Notes under the pieces: generated by a model | The model's database searches: none | What the model saw: the letters and a program-made list of their open reading frames with translations, nothing else | What the model was told of the DNA's origin: nothing | In this document: in pieces, positions 1 to 9,382 of the stretch | Layout: each line of letters starts with the position of its first letter | How positions within the stretch are numbered: the stretch's first letter is position 1 | Program-made: the position numbers and the translations under genes | NCBI GenBank assembly: GCA_958295745.1 | Contig: OY282370.1 | Location: 2,441,058-2,505,057, forward strand | Direction: 5' to 3' | DNA length: 64,000 nt | DNA from: an uncultured Acidimicrobiia bacterium | GTDB lineage: Bacteria; Actinomycetota; Acidimicrobiia; Spongiisociales; Spongiisociaceae

Positions 1-30
1 CCCGCCTTCACATGACCATTTGGTTCCACG

Positions 31-822
31 TCAAGAGACCACCACCGCGGACGAGAACACTTTCTTGTTGTACCGGAGCATTCGTTCGAGACGCTCGGGA
101 TCCTCTAGGGCGCGTTGGTGGAGTCCGTCGTCGTGGTCTTCGTAGACTTCCAGGTGGACATACAATTCTCTCCCCGCGGCGGCGAGGATCCGCTGCACCT
201 CTCCCATCGGAGGGCGAACCTCGCCGGACTCGATTTCGGCTAGGGCGGCCTCGCTGATGCCGACAACGGAAGAGAACTCCGCCTCCGGTTCCCGCTCCCA
301 ACCCGGTTCCCGGCCCCGACCCCCGCGCTGGAACCGCGCCGAACTGACGAGGAGCGCGGCCCATCCCCCCTCGTGGCGGCGGCCTCGCCCGGCTCCGTAC
401 AGGTGGGGCGGCGCCGGGGGGATTCCGTCCCATTCGGTCTGGTGGCTCGGCGTGGGTGATTGGCATCCGAACTGTCCCCAGAACTCGCGGGACTTGGCTA
501 TCTCTTTGGCTACGCGGGCCACTTCGCCGGGGTCCACCCGCAGGTAGCCGGGGTTAGGGGCGTCCTTGGCGCCGCAGCGCAGCTCCAGCCCTACGGTGCT
601 GACCAGCCTGCCTACGGTGTCCATCACGGGGTCGTGCTCGCCGGACTCGATCCGCTCCACCAGTGAAACGTCGCAGCCCGCCGCTTCGGCCATCTCTTCG
701 GCGGTGATCTCCAACGCGGCGCGGGCGGTGAGCAACAAGACGGCGGAGGTAGGAAGCCCGGTTTCAAGTCCGGTTTCGGATGGGCGCAGGGCAACGGTCG
801 GCATCAACGTCGATCCTACCAT
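31..822 (-). CDS. Protein with two XRE/HTH_3-type helix-turn-helix domains
   Basis: Two HTH-like segments: ARAALEITAEEMAEAAGCDVSLVERIESGEHDP and AEFSSVVGISEAALAEIESGEVRP. Start codon uncertain. Confidence 0.7.
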   Translation of the reverse strand: MVGSTLMPTVALRPSETGLETGLPTSAVLLLTARAALEITAEEMAEAAGCDVSLVERIESGEHDPVMDTVGRLVSTVGLELRCGAKDAPNPGYLRVDPGEVARVAKEIAKSREFWGQFGCQSPTPSHQTEWDGIPPAPPHLYGAGRGRRHEGGWAALLVSSARFQRGGRGREPGWEREPEAEFSSVVGISEAALAEIESGEVRPPMGEVQRILAAAGRELYVHLEVYEDHDDGLHQRALEDPERLERMLRYNKKVFSSAVVVS

Positions 823-1014
823 CGGCGGCGGTAAACAGTCTCGCCTTCTGCGGGCCGCCCTACTCCTCGACCTGCCGGGGGAGAGAGCCTGGAGCAGGTT
901 CGCCGCCTAGTCATGTGCGCAGTTCGGGGAGGTTGTAACACGAGGGCGGCTGTCGGCGAAAGGGGGCGTCGATCAGCTCCACCGAATCCGTCCGGGAATG
1001 CCCGGGACCGGCCT

Positions 1015-1130
1015 AGATCGCGAAAAAACGCCGCCGCCGGCGCCCGCCCCGATGGGCCCTGCCCCCGCCGCCACCACCAGCATCGGATTCTCTGTGCCGG
1101 CGCGTTGGGCCGGCTCCGGCCTTTGGGGGG
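1015..1130. repeat. Dispersed GC-rich intergenic repeat, copy A
   Basis: tagatcgcgaaaaaacgcc...gggccctgcccccgccgccacc matches 63126-63180. The reverse complement gcccaacgcgccggcacagagaa..tggtggtggcggcgggggcagggc matches 25633-25690. Confidence 0.6.
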
Positions 1131-1315
1131 TGGCCGGGTGAGTAGTCCTGCGATGACCGCCGCCCTCTCCAGAACCTCGGCGGCGGTGTTTGTGTCGTCA
1201 TCCATAGTTATACAACATATGTGTGACGGGGCGAAGGGCCTTGTCGGGGATTTCTTTCGCGGACTTGGAGAAAGGGTGGGCGCCGCCCCCGCGCAACGCC
1301 CCCCCGGCGCCGCTT

Positions 1316-2143
1316 CTACAGGGCTTCGGTCAGCTCCTCTACGGTCAGGTCGCCTACGTCGAAGAAGGCGACTATCCGGCAGGGGCATGCCTCTCCGCCC
1401 TCGAACTTCCAGGGGAAGGCGCCGATGATGCACCTCTGGTTGAGCACCTTCTCTATGTCGCCGCCCACGTTCTCGGCGTGGATGCAGCCTTCGGGGAAAG
1501 CCAGATAGTGCATGGGGAACAGGTCCTCGGTGATGACCCGCCCGCTCTTGTGGTGGGTGTAGGTGTATTCGCCGAAGTATTCCTTCACCGGCATGCCCAC
1601 CTGTTCCTCGAATCTCTTGGTCAGGTCGGGCCGCATATGCCGGATGGTGGTGTTGAGAGGATGGTCGCCGGAGCCGGCGTCCACGCCCCACCAGGAGATC
1701 TCCATGTCGAGCATCCACTCCGCCAGGACGTGGGTGCCGCCCGGATGCATGCAGAAGTAACGGGTCAGGTCCTGCTCGGGTTTGCCCTCGTAGTACCGGT
1801 GGTAGCCGGTGTGGAGGATGAGGATGTCCCCCTTCTTCACCTCCATCTTGGAGGTGATCATCTCGGGCGTGATGATGCTCCAGTCGCTGACCTCGTCCGA
1901 TATGTCCACGATCACGCCTTCGTTCACCAGCTTGGTGATGGGCAGGGAAGCCATGTCCCCGGCCCCGTCGGCCATGTGCATGGGGCCGTCGAGGTGGGTT
2001 CCCACGTGGAGGGAGCTCTCGATCCTCTGGGACACCACCCGGTTGGTCTGCAGGGTCTGGGTGTAGTAGAACTTGGAACCGGGGTATCCGACCCAGCCCG
2101 GCGTGTGCAGGTTGATCGGGTGTGAAAGGTCTACGATTTTCAT
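1316..2143 (-). CDS. Cyclase-family metal-dependent hydrolase (kynurenine formamidase/isatin hydrolase-like)
   Basis: Begins MKIVDLSHP; HVGTHLDGPMH matches HxGTHxDxPxH; C-terminal PWKFEGGEACPCR; GGAGG RBS before ATG 2143. Confidence 0.9.
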   Translation of the reverse strand: MKIVDLSHPINLHTPGWVGYPGSKFYYTQTLQTNRVVSQRIESSLHVGTHLDGPMHMADGAGDMASLPITKLVNEGVIVDISDEVSDWSIITPEMITSKMEVKKGDILILHTGYHRYYEGKPEQDLTRYFCMHPGGTHVLAEWMLDMEISWWGVDAGSGDHPLNTTIRHMRPDLTKRFEEQVGMPVKEYFGEYTYTHHKSGRVITEDLFPMHYLAFPEGCIHAENVGGDIEKVLNQRCIIGAFPWKFEGGEACPCRIVAFFDVGDLTVEELTEAL

Positions 2144-2293
2144 CAGGTTTCCTCCGATGCTGTTGTTGATGCTGGTGGTGTTGCTGTTGTGCTGGATGGA
2201 CATGGACGGTCGGGGACTGCTGGGCGAATGCCCGGAAGCCGAAGGTTTTCAGGGCGGCCTTCCGAGCGGCCTGCGGGTAGGCGCCGGAGGCAT

Positions 2294-3148
2294 TCAGTAC
2301 CTCCGGCCGTCCGACCAGACGCCGTAGAGGTCCGTGCGGCGGTCCGCCCGCGGGGCTATCAGCTCCCCCCGGAACTGGGCCCGCTTGGATGCGCCGATAT
2401 CGACCTCGGCGATGAAGATCTCGTCATCGGAACCCGACAACGGCCCGGCGGCCAGCTTGCCGTAGGGGTCGGCCAGGATCGACGATCCCAAGAACTCGTG
2501 TTGGCCGTGTCGGCCTGCCTGGGAGGCGCAGGCGATGTACACCTGGGAGAGGTTCGCCTGCAGGACCGCGCCCCTCCCCTGGGGGCACATCCCGTCCTGA
2601 TCCCACCGTTCCTGGTCGTATCCGGGCAGCCAGGCGGTGGGCACGCATATGAGGTCCGCCCCCTTCAACGCCATCAGCCTGACCACCTCCACGAACCGGA
2701 GGTCGTAGCAGACGCACAGGCCGATCGTCCCGAACCGGGTGGCCGCCACCGGGAATCCGAGGTCCCCGTTGCGGAAGGTTGTCTTCTCCTCGGCGAACAG
2801 GTGGGTCTTGCGGTAGTGAAGGATCAGCCCGTCCGGACCCACCGCCACCGCCGTGTTGTAGAGAGATTCGCCGTCCCGCTCGCAGAACCCCCCCACCACG
2901 TAGCCGTCGTATTCGGCCGCGATCTTGGTCCATTGCTCGACCGTGGGTCCGTCCACCGCCTCCGCCGCGTCCGACAGGGCCCGCCAGTCGAACACGTATC
3001 CGTGGACGATCATCTCGGGCAGGATCACGATGTCGGCCCCCAGCTTGAAAGCCGAGCGGGCCGTATACTCGCAGAGGGTGCGGTTGTCGTCGACCTTGAG
3101 GGGCTCCCCCCCGATCTGTACGAGGCCTATCGAAACGTTGTTGGGCAT
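2294..3148 (-). CDS. Carbon-nitrogen hydrolase (nitrilase/amidase family)
   Basis: Catalytic triad motifs LPE, YRKTHL and CVCYD; TGATG overlap with the upstream cupin. Confidence 0.9.
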   Translation of the reverse strand: MPNNVSIGLVQIGGEPLKVDDNRTLCEYTARSAFKLGADIVILPEMIVHGYVFDWRALSDAAEAVDGPTVEQWTKIAAEYDGYVVGGFCERDGESLYNTAVAVGPDGLILHYRKTHLFAEEKTTFRNGDLGFPVAATRFGTIGLCVCYDLRFVEVVRLMALKGADLICVPTAWLPGYDQERWDQDGMCPQGRGAVLQANLSQVYIACASQAGRHGQHEFLGSSILADPYGKLAAGPLSGSDDEIFIAEVDIGASKRAQFRGELIAPRADRRTDLYGVWSDGRRY

Positions 3149-3573
3149 CAGGGCTGCTCCTCGGTTTTGTCCGCCGGGGCGGTTCGGTCGGGTATTTCCG
3201 ATATGAGGCCGGCCGCCAACAGCATGTTCCAATCGGCCGGGGAGGGGCCCCCGACGCTCTCTATGCGGTCGCCCCGGTCTCCGGAGACGGCATGCCACAG
3301 GCCCACCGGCACATGGACCACGTCCCCGGCCTCGAATTCGAGCCGCAGTCCGTTGGTCAGGTCCTCGATGCTGCCCTTCCCGTCGAGCACGTAGATGGTG
3401 TCCTCCGACTCGACGTGAACGTGTTCCACGTTCCGTTCGCCGGGCTGCATGTCCACGTAGTTCATGTTGGCGGTGTAGGCGCCCACCCCGGCCCACACGA
3501 TCAGGCGGGCGTCCTTGGCGATCATCGGAACGATGGCGGTGGGGCGGTCGCGATGGAAGATGCGGATGGCCAT
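3148..3573 (-). CDS. Cupin-domain protein
   Basis: HVHVESEDTIYVLDGKG and GDVVHVPVGLWH cupin motifs; coupled by TGATG overlaps. Confidence 0.85.
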   Translation of the reverse strand: MAIRIFHRDRPTAIVPMIAKDARLIVWAGVGAYTANMNYVDMQPGERNVEHVHVESEDTIYVLDGKGSIEDLTNGLRLEFEAGDVVHVPVGLWHAVSGDRGDRIESVGGPSPADWNMLLAAGLISEIPDRTAPADKTEEQP

Positions 3574-3962
3574 CAGCCGGACTCCAGATGGGTGTACAGA
3601 CGGGGGTCGGCCGGACACGGGCCGCCGATGATCTCGGCCCCGTCCGCCCCCGCCTCGAATACATAGCGGGTGCCGGGGTCGATATGGGCCATCGAGCCTT
3701 TCACGAGGTCGTGGCGGACGCCGCCGGAAACGTCCGCGGCCGCCCCGGTTCCCTCGATCATGTAGTAGACGGCTTCGGAGGGGTGCTCCAGCTCCACGGT
3801 CCGTCCGTGCGGTTCGAGAGATATGCGGTGCATCGAGCGGAGGGCGGCGCCGATTCCGGGCCATATCACCGCCCGGGCGCTCCCGCCCCGCTCGACGATG
3901 GGGAGGTCCGGGCATCTCCCGTCGTCCCGGAATATGGTCACCCGGTCGAGTTCAACAGCCAT
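3573..3962 (-). CDS. Cupin-domain protein
   Basis: HPSEAVYYMIEGTG and GSMAHIDPGTRY cupin motifs. Confidence 0.8.
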   Translation of the reverse strand: MAVELDRVTIFRDDGRCPDLPIVERGGSARAVIWPGIGAALRSMHRISLEPHGRTVELEHPSEAVYYMIEGTGAAADVSGGVRHDLVKGSMAHIDPGTRYVFEAGADGAEIIGGPCPADPRLYTHLESG

Positions 3963-4281
3963 TTTCTGCGGGCGTCCCTTGGAAGTCGGCAGTGCATGGA
4001 CGCCGAGTGTACCCCCGCCGCGCGGATGGAGGAGGCGGCTTGCGGTCGCCTACAGCCGTCTGATGCCGTGAAGTCGGGGATTCGTTGAGGTCGATTCGGG
4101 GGTGGTGGGTTGTTTTTGTGTTCTGGCCTGGGGTTTTGGTATGTGAGGGTGGTGTTGGGTGAGAATAGGTTACAAAGGAGAAAGAGAGTTATTATTACAA
4201 TAGGTTGCCCGGGCTGGTGCGTGTGCTGGGCCGGGTTGTTCGAATGTTGTTCGGGAAGGACAAGGAAAGGGGTTCGGTCTG

Positions 4282-4564
4282 ATGGCTCTGGTGTGTGTGC
4301 GGCGGTCGTGGTTGGCTGTTGTTGTGGTTCCGGCGGCGGCGGTTCCGGGGTTCGGTGCTGGTCTACTCCAAGCCTTCTTCGGGCGGCTGGGTGAGCGACG
4401 ACAGTCCGGACAACGAGTACCTGGGCGTCGCTCCCAACAACCGTCTGGGCCGGCAGGCCACCTACGACAAGTCGAACGGTGATCTCTACTCGGGCATGCG
4501 CCAAGAGATCCCGACCGGCGACGATGACTACAAGCTGATGACCATCTTCCGTATCGGCCGATAG
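4282..4564 (+). pseudogene. Remnant of a secreted FG-GAP-repeat surface protein (signal-like start joined out of frame to a C-terminal piece)
   Basis: RBS then MALVCVRRSWLAVVVVPAAAV. In another frame, GSVLVYSKPSSGGWVSDDSPDNEYLGVAPNNRLGRQ...FRIGR* has normal high-GC codon usage and resembles an FG-GAP repeat. Confidence 0.4.
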
Positions 4565-4855
4565 ATCCTTTTACCGCAACCAACCACACGCCAGGGCGGG
4601 GTTCTCCACTTCGGTGGAGGCCCCCTTCCTGGTTCCCGGGGAAGGGCCGCCCGCCTCCGCCTTCTGTATCCTTTGAGGTTGTGTGCTGTTCCTTCACCCC
4701 GCGGCGCTTCATACCGGGGGCCCGACGCGTCGTTGCGGCCGATGAGTCTCGGGCCATGAGGCTGCTCGACGCCTGTTGCCGCCCCGCCTCGACGACACCG
4801 GGGCAGTGAAGCAGTCAGGGGCTGGGAGCTCTCGACGGGAAGGAGGCGGTTCGGT

Positions 4856-5374
4856 ATGCCGCGGATACATCTGATCGGTGAGAGAGGCGAGCTCGACGGC
4901 GAGGCGGCGGAGCTGTACGACCGGATCGTCGAGAGCCGGGGTTCGATGGTCAGACCGTTCCGGGTGTTCCTCCACGCCCCGCACCTGGCCCGCCACATCG
5001 CCCGCCTCGGACACGAGGTGCGTTTCGAATCGGCCCTGCCCGGGGCGGACCGCGAGCTGGCCATATTGGCCGCCGGGCGCGTCCACGGCTGCGGGTATGT
5101 CTGGGACACCCACATAGACATCGCCCGCCGGGAAGGGGTCCGTCCCGAGGCTCTGTACCATCTCGACGGCGGAGAGTCGGATCTCACGCCGAGGGAGGCC
5201 GCCGTCGTGGGGATGGTGTTCGAGCTGGGTTCTTCGTCCTCGGTTTCGGAAGCCGCCTATACGCGGGCCGCGGAGGAACTCGGCGTCGACGGAGTGCTCG
5301 AGCTCTCCGTGTTGGTGGGGTACTACACGATGCTGAGCTACACCATGGGCGCTTTCGACGTATGCAGCCTGTAG
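4856..5374 (+). CDS. Carboxymuconolactone decarboxylase (AhpD-like) family protein
   Basis: PFRVFLHAP, RELAILAAGRVHGCGYVWDTH and VLVGYYTM motifs; AGGAGG RBS. Confidence 0.85.
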   Translation: MPRIHLIGERGELDGEAAELYDRIVESRGSMVRPFRVFLHAPHLARHIARLGHEVRFESALPGADRELAILAAGRVHGCGYVWDTHIDIARREGVRPEALYHLDGGESDLTPREAAVVGMVFELGSSSSVSEAAYTRAAEELGVDGVLELSVLVGYYTMLSYTMGAFDVCSL

Positions 5375-5498
5375 TTCCGGCTCATCCCCGGTTTGCAAAG
5401 CCGCGGGCGTAATTGGTGTAAGCCCGGTGCGGTTTGATATCCTCCGGCCCTAAATGGTACGGCGCAGGGGCGCCATGTTGGTCAGGAGGACTGATTCA

Positions 5499-6584
5499 AT
5501 GACTAGAAAGACAGCTTTGGGAGGGGGCCGCAAGTGGGCCGCCCTCGCCGTTGTGTTGGCCGTGGCGGCGGCCGCTTGCGGAAGCGAGACCGTAACCGTA
5601 ACCGAGACCGTGGTGGTGACCGAGGAAGTGGTCGTGACCTCGGTAGTGACCGAGGAAGTGGAAGTCACCGTGGTCGAGGAGCGGGTGGTCGAGGTCGAGG
5701 TTACGGCGCCGCAAGAGGAAATCACCATCGGCTACATCTCGCTGGGCGACGCGGTGCCGTTCGTGAAGTTGGTGTCGGACGGAATCAAGGAAGAAGCGGA
5801 GCGCTTGGGCGTGAATCTCATCTTCTGCGACTCGGAGATCGACGCCGCCAAGGCTTTGGCCTGCGCCCAGGACTTCCTGGTGCGGGGTGCGCAGGGTGTG
5901 CTCAACTTCCAGGTGTTCCAGGAGTCCAGCCCGGAGATCTGCGCCGCGCACGGCGATGTGCCGGTGATCGCCATCGACATCATCCAGCCCCCGTGCCAGA
6001 CCGCCTTCATGGGCGCCAACAACCGTTTGGCGGGCCAGCTGGGCGGCCAGGCCATGGGCCGGTACATGCAGGAGAACTTCGACTGCGACTACACCGCCTA
6101 CGTGTCGCTGGAGTCCACGGCCGCCGGCGCCGCCAACCGGGACCGGATGGGTGGCTACCGGGAGGGCTTCCAGGAGTTCTGCCCGATCGTCAACGAGCGG
6201 ATCATGGACGGGGCGGACCGCACCGATCCGGCCTTGGAGCAGGTGACCAACCTGTTGACCGCGCTGCCGGGCGACCGGATCGTGGTGGTGGCCATCAACG
6301 AGGACGGCATTCTGGGCGCCATCGGGGCCGCCAACACCCTGGGGCGGCAGGATGACCTGTACTACTCCGGGCAGGGCACCGACCCCAGCATCTGGTGCGA
6401 GATCAAGAACAACGACAACTACATCGCCTCGGTGGCCTACTTCCCGGAGCGGTACGGGACGATTCTGGTGCCGGCCATCCTGAATGCGGTGGAAGGCAAC
6501 GCCATCGCCGGCCAGCTGTTCACCGATCACCAGCTGATCACACGGGACAACATCGACGACATCTACGACACCTCGGACTGCTGA
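5499..6584 (+). CDS. Sugar-type ABC transporter substrate-binding lipoprotein
   Basis: AAAAC lipobox; Peripla_BP_4-type sequence with YFPERYG; AGGAGG RBS. Confidence 0.9.
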   Translation: MTRKTALGGGRKWAALAVVLAVAAAACGSETVTVTETVVVTEEVVVTSVVTEEVEVTVVEERVVEVEVTAPQEEITIGYISLGDAVPFVKLVSDGIKEEAERLGVNLIFCDSEIDAAKALACAQDFLVRGAQGVLNFQVFQESSPEICAAHGDVPVIAIDIIQPPCQTAFMGANNRLAGQLGGQAMGRYMQENFDCDYTAYVSLESTAAGAANRDRMGGYREGFQEFCPIVNERIMDGADRTDPALEQVTNLLTALPGDRIVVVAINEDGILGAIGAANTLGRQDDLYYSGQGTDPSIWCEIKNNDNYIASVAYFPERYGTILVPAILNAVEGNAIAGQLFTDHQLITRDNIDDIYDTSDC

Positions 6585-6621
6585 GCCAGACCGGGGAAAG
6601 GCCGATTCGGCGGGAATAGAT

Positions 6622-8118
6622 ATGGCGTTCACCTTCCAGGCGCGCCGTATCAGGAAGTCCTTCGGGGGCGTCGAGGTTCTGCATGGCGTAGACCTCGACG
6701 CCTCCGCGGGCGAAGTGCTGGCCCTGCTGGGGGAGAACGGGGCCGGGAAGTCCACGCTGGTCAAGATCATGGCCGGCGACTACCAGGCCGACTCCGGGCG
6801 GCTGATCGTGGACGGGGAGACCCATTCGGTGCTCACCCCCCGCCAGGCCCGGGCCCTGGGGGTGGCCATCATCTCCCAGGAGTTCCAGGACGCCCTCCCG
6901 CTGACCGTGGCCGAAAACATCTCCCTGGGCAGCCTGCCCAGCCGGGGCGGGATGGTCAGATGGCGGACCGTGCGCAGGCGGGCGGTGGACATCCTCGATG
7001 AGCTGGAGGTGGAGATCGACCCCGGCGCCGTGGTCGGGTCGCTGAGGGTAGGGGAGCGGCAGCTGGTGGAGATCGCCCGGGCCCTGTCCTCATCGGCCCG
7101 GCTGCTGATCCTGGACGAACCCACCGCCGCCCTTTCCCACCACGAGGCGGAGGTGCTGTTCGAGTTCATCCGACGCCTGCGCTCGCAGGGGGTGGCCGTC
7201 GTCTACATCACCCACCGGCTGGACGAGGTGGGGCTGATCGCCGACAAGGTCCATGTACTGCGGGACGGTGAAACCGCCCTGCTGGCCGACGTGGCGGAGA
7301 CCGGCAGGCGGGACATGATCGAAGCCATGATCGGGCGCAAGAGCGAAGAGCTGGGCCGCCCGCCGCCCATCGGCCGCGATCTAGGCGCCGAACCCGCCCT
7401 GCGGTGGACGGACGCCGGGGCGTCGGGCCGGTTCGAGGGAGTTTCCCTGAAGGTGATGCCGGGGGAGGTGGTGGCCGTGTACGGCAAGCTGGGATCGGGC
7501 GCCATGGAGCTGGCGGAGACCGCCTTCGGCATCAGGCCCCTGGACTCCGGGCGGCTGGAACTCGACCAGGCGGACATCGTCTACTCCGATCCTGCCGGGG
7601 CGGTCAAAAACGGGGTCGGCTATCTGCCCGCGGACCGCAAGGCGGGGGGTGCGCTGATGGTGCGGTCGGTGGCGGAGAACACCGCCATCGCCTCCTGGCC
7701 GGTGCTGGCCAAGTTCTTCGGGCAGTGGCTGACCGCCCGGGTCGAGAACAAAGCCTACCGCCGATGGCACGACCGGCTGTCCATCCGTTCCCGCAACGAC
7801 CCCCGCCAGATCATGCGCACCCTGTCCGGCGGCAACCAGCAGAAGGTGCTGATTTCCCGCTGGCTGGAGCGCCGCTCGCGGGTTCTGGTGATGGTGGAGC
7901 CCACCCGGGGGGTGGATGTGGGGGCCCGCCGCGATATCTACGAGGCGCTGCGGGAGCTGGCGGAGGAGGGGATCGCGGTGCTGGTGGTCACCTCCGACTA
8001 CGAGGAGGCGGTGCAGGTGGCCGACCGCTGCCTGGTGGTGGCCAAAGGCAGGCCGGTGGAGAAACTGACCGGGGAGGATATTACGATGAGCAGGCTGTTG
8101 GAAGCATCGGGAGGATGA
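6622..8118 (+). CDS. Sugar ABC transporter ATP-binding protein (RbsA-like, two domains)
   Basis: GENGAGKS, ILDEPT, LSGGNQQKV and EPTRGVDVG motifs. Confidence 0.95.
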   Translation: MAFTFQARRIRKSFGGVEVLHGVDLDASAGEVLALLGENGAGKSTLVKIMAGDYQADSGRLIVDGETHSVLTPRQARALGVAIISQEFQDALPLTVAENISLGSLPSRGGMVRWRTVRRRAVDILDELEVEIDPGAVVGSLRVGERQLVEIARALSSSARLLILDEPTAALSHHEAEVLFEFIRRLRSQGVAVVYITHRLDEVGLIADKVHVLRDGETALLADVAETGRRDMIEAMIGRKSEELGRPPPIGRDLGAEPALRWTDAGASGRFEGVSLKVMPGEVVAVYGKLGSGAMELAETAFGIRPLDSGRLELDQADIVYSDPAGAVKNGVGYLPADRKAGGALMVRSVAENTAIASWPVLAKFFGQWLTARVENKAYRRWHDRLSIRSRNDPRQIMRTLSGGNQQKVLISRWLERRSRVLVMVEPTRGVDVGARRDIYEALRELAEEGIAVLVVTSDYEEAVQVADRCLVVAKGRPVEKLTGEDITMSRLLEASGG

Positions 8119-9173
8119 CGAAGTTGAGTGGAAACGACAACGGCGCCGTATCCGGGATGATCGAAGCCCAGGCCAGGGAGGAATTGGAAGCCGCCGCCGG
8201 CCGCCGCGCCCGGATGAGAGTGCCGGAGACGGCGGGGCTGATCGCGGTGCTGATCATCGAGTTCGTTTTCTTCTCCGTCACCTCCGAGTTCTTCCTCAAC
8301 ACCGCCAACCTGATCAACGTCATGCAGAATGTGGCGGTGGTGGGGATCATCGCCTGCCCGGCCACGCTGCTGTTGGTGGCGGGACAGGTGGACTTGGCGG
8401 TCGGCTCCGCGGCGGGCTTCATCGGGATGACCATGGCGGTGGCAGCCACCTCGGTGGGCGCCGCCACCACCCCCTACGGGATGGGGCTGACCCTGGTGGG
8501 GGCGTTCTTGATGGCGCTTCTGGCCGCCGTTCTGATCGGGGGCGTCCACGGTTCGCTGGTAACGGTGGTGGGCCTGAACTCCATCATCACCACCCTGGGC
8601 ACGCTGGCCATCCTGCGCGGGCTGACCAAGGTGGTGGGCGACGGCCAGACCATCCGCATCAACGGTTTCAACAAGCTGGGGGTGGCCCGCCCGCTGTTCA
8701 ACATCCCGTTGCCGGTGTACCTGTTCGCGGCGGTGGTGATCATCTTCTATGTGATCATGCGCTTCACCGTGTACGGGAGATCCATGTACGCTATCGGGGC
8801 CTCCCCGGAGGCGGCCCGGCTGGCCGGGATCCGGGTCAGGATGATGATCTTCATCGGGTTCATGCTGTCGGCGGGGGCGGTGGGGCTGGCCGCCCTGATA
8901 CGGCTCTCGCAGATCGGCGGGGCCTCGGTCAACGCCGGGCTGGGTTTCGAGCTTTCGGTGCTTACCGCGGTGATTCTGGGCGGCGCCAGCCTGTCCGGGG
9001 GCCGGGGCACCATTCTGGGGACGGTGCTGGCGGTGTTCGTGGTGGGGGTGCTGGCCAACGGCCTGATCCAGCTCAATGTGCCGTCCTTCTGGATCGAAGT
9101 GGCGCAGGGGGCGCTGCTGGTGGCGGCGGTCACCTTCGACCGGGTGCGGCTGCGGCTGGCGGGCGCCGATTAG
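8115..9173 (+). CDS. Sugar ABC transporter permease (RbsC-like)
   Basis: Multiple TM segments, YAIGASPEAARLAGI, AVILGGASLSGGRG; ATGA overlap with the ATPase gene. Confidence 0.93.
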   Translation: MTKLSGNDNGAVSGMIEAQAREELEAAAGRRARMRVPETAGLIAVLIIEFVFFSVTSEFFLNTANLINVMQNVAVVGIIACPATLLLVAGQVDLAVGSAAGFIGMTMAVAATSVGAATTPYGMGLTLVGAFLMALLAAVLIGGVHGSLVTVVGLNSIITTLGTLAILRGLTKVVGDGQTIRINGFNKLGVARPLFNIPLPVYLFAAVVIIFYVIMRFTVYGRSMYAIGASPEAARLAGIRVRMMIFIGFMLSAGAVGLAALIRLSQIGGASVNAGLGFELSVLTAVILGGASLSGGRGTILGTVLAVFVVGVLANGLIQLNVPSFWIEVAQGALLVAAVTFDRVRLRLAGAD

Positions 9174-9382
9174 CGCGGGCCCTATTTAGCGCGTCGGGGC
9201 GGCCCGATCAGCGCGTCCATTTCTGCGGCCCCGCCCTTTCTTTCCGGGTTCGAGGCTGACCGCGCCGCTGTTATAGGTGCTATCGGCTATTGGCACCCCG
9301 TTCGATTTTTTGATACTCTCACCGCATTGTCTCCAGGTGCCCAAGCGCCGGGACTCCGGAACTCTTTTGGGAGGGCGAAACG

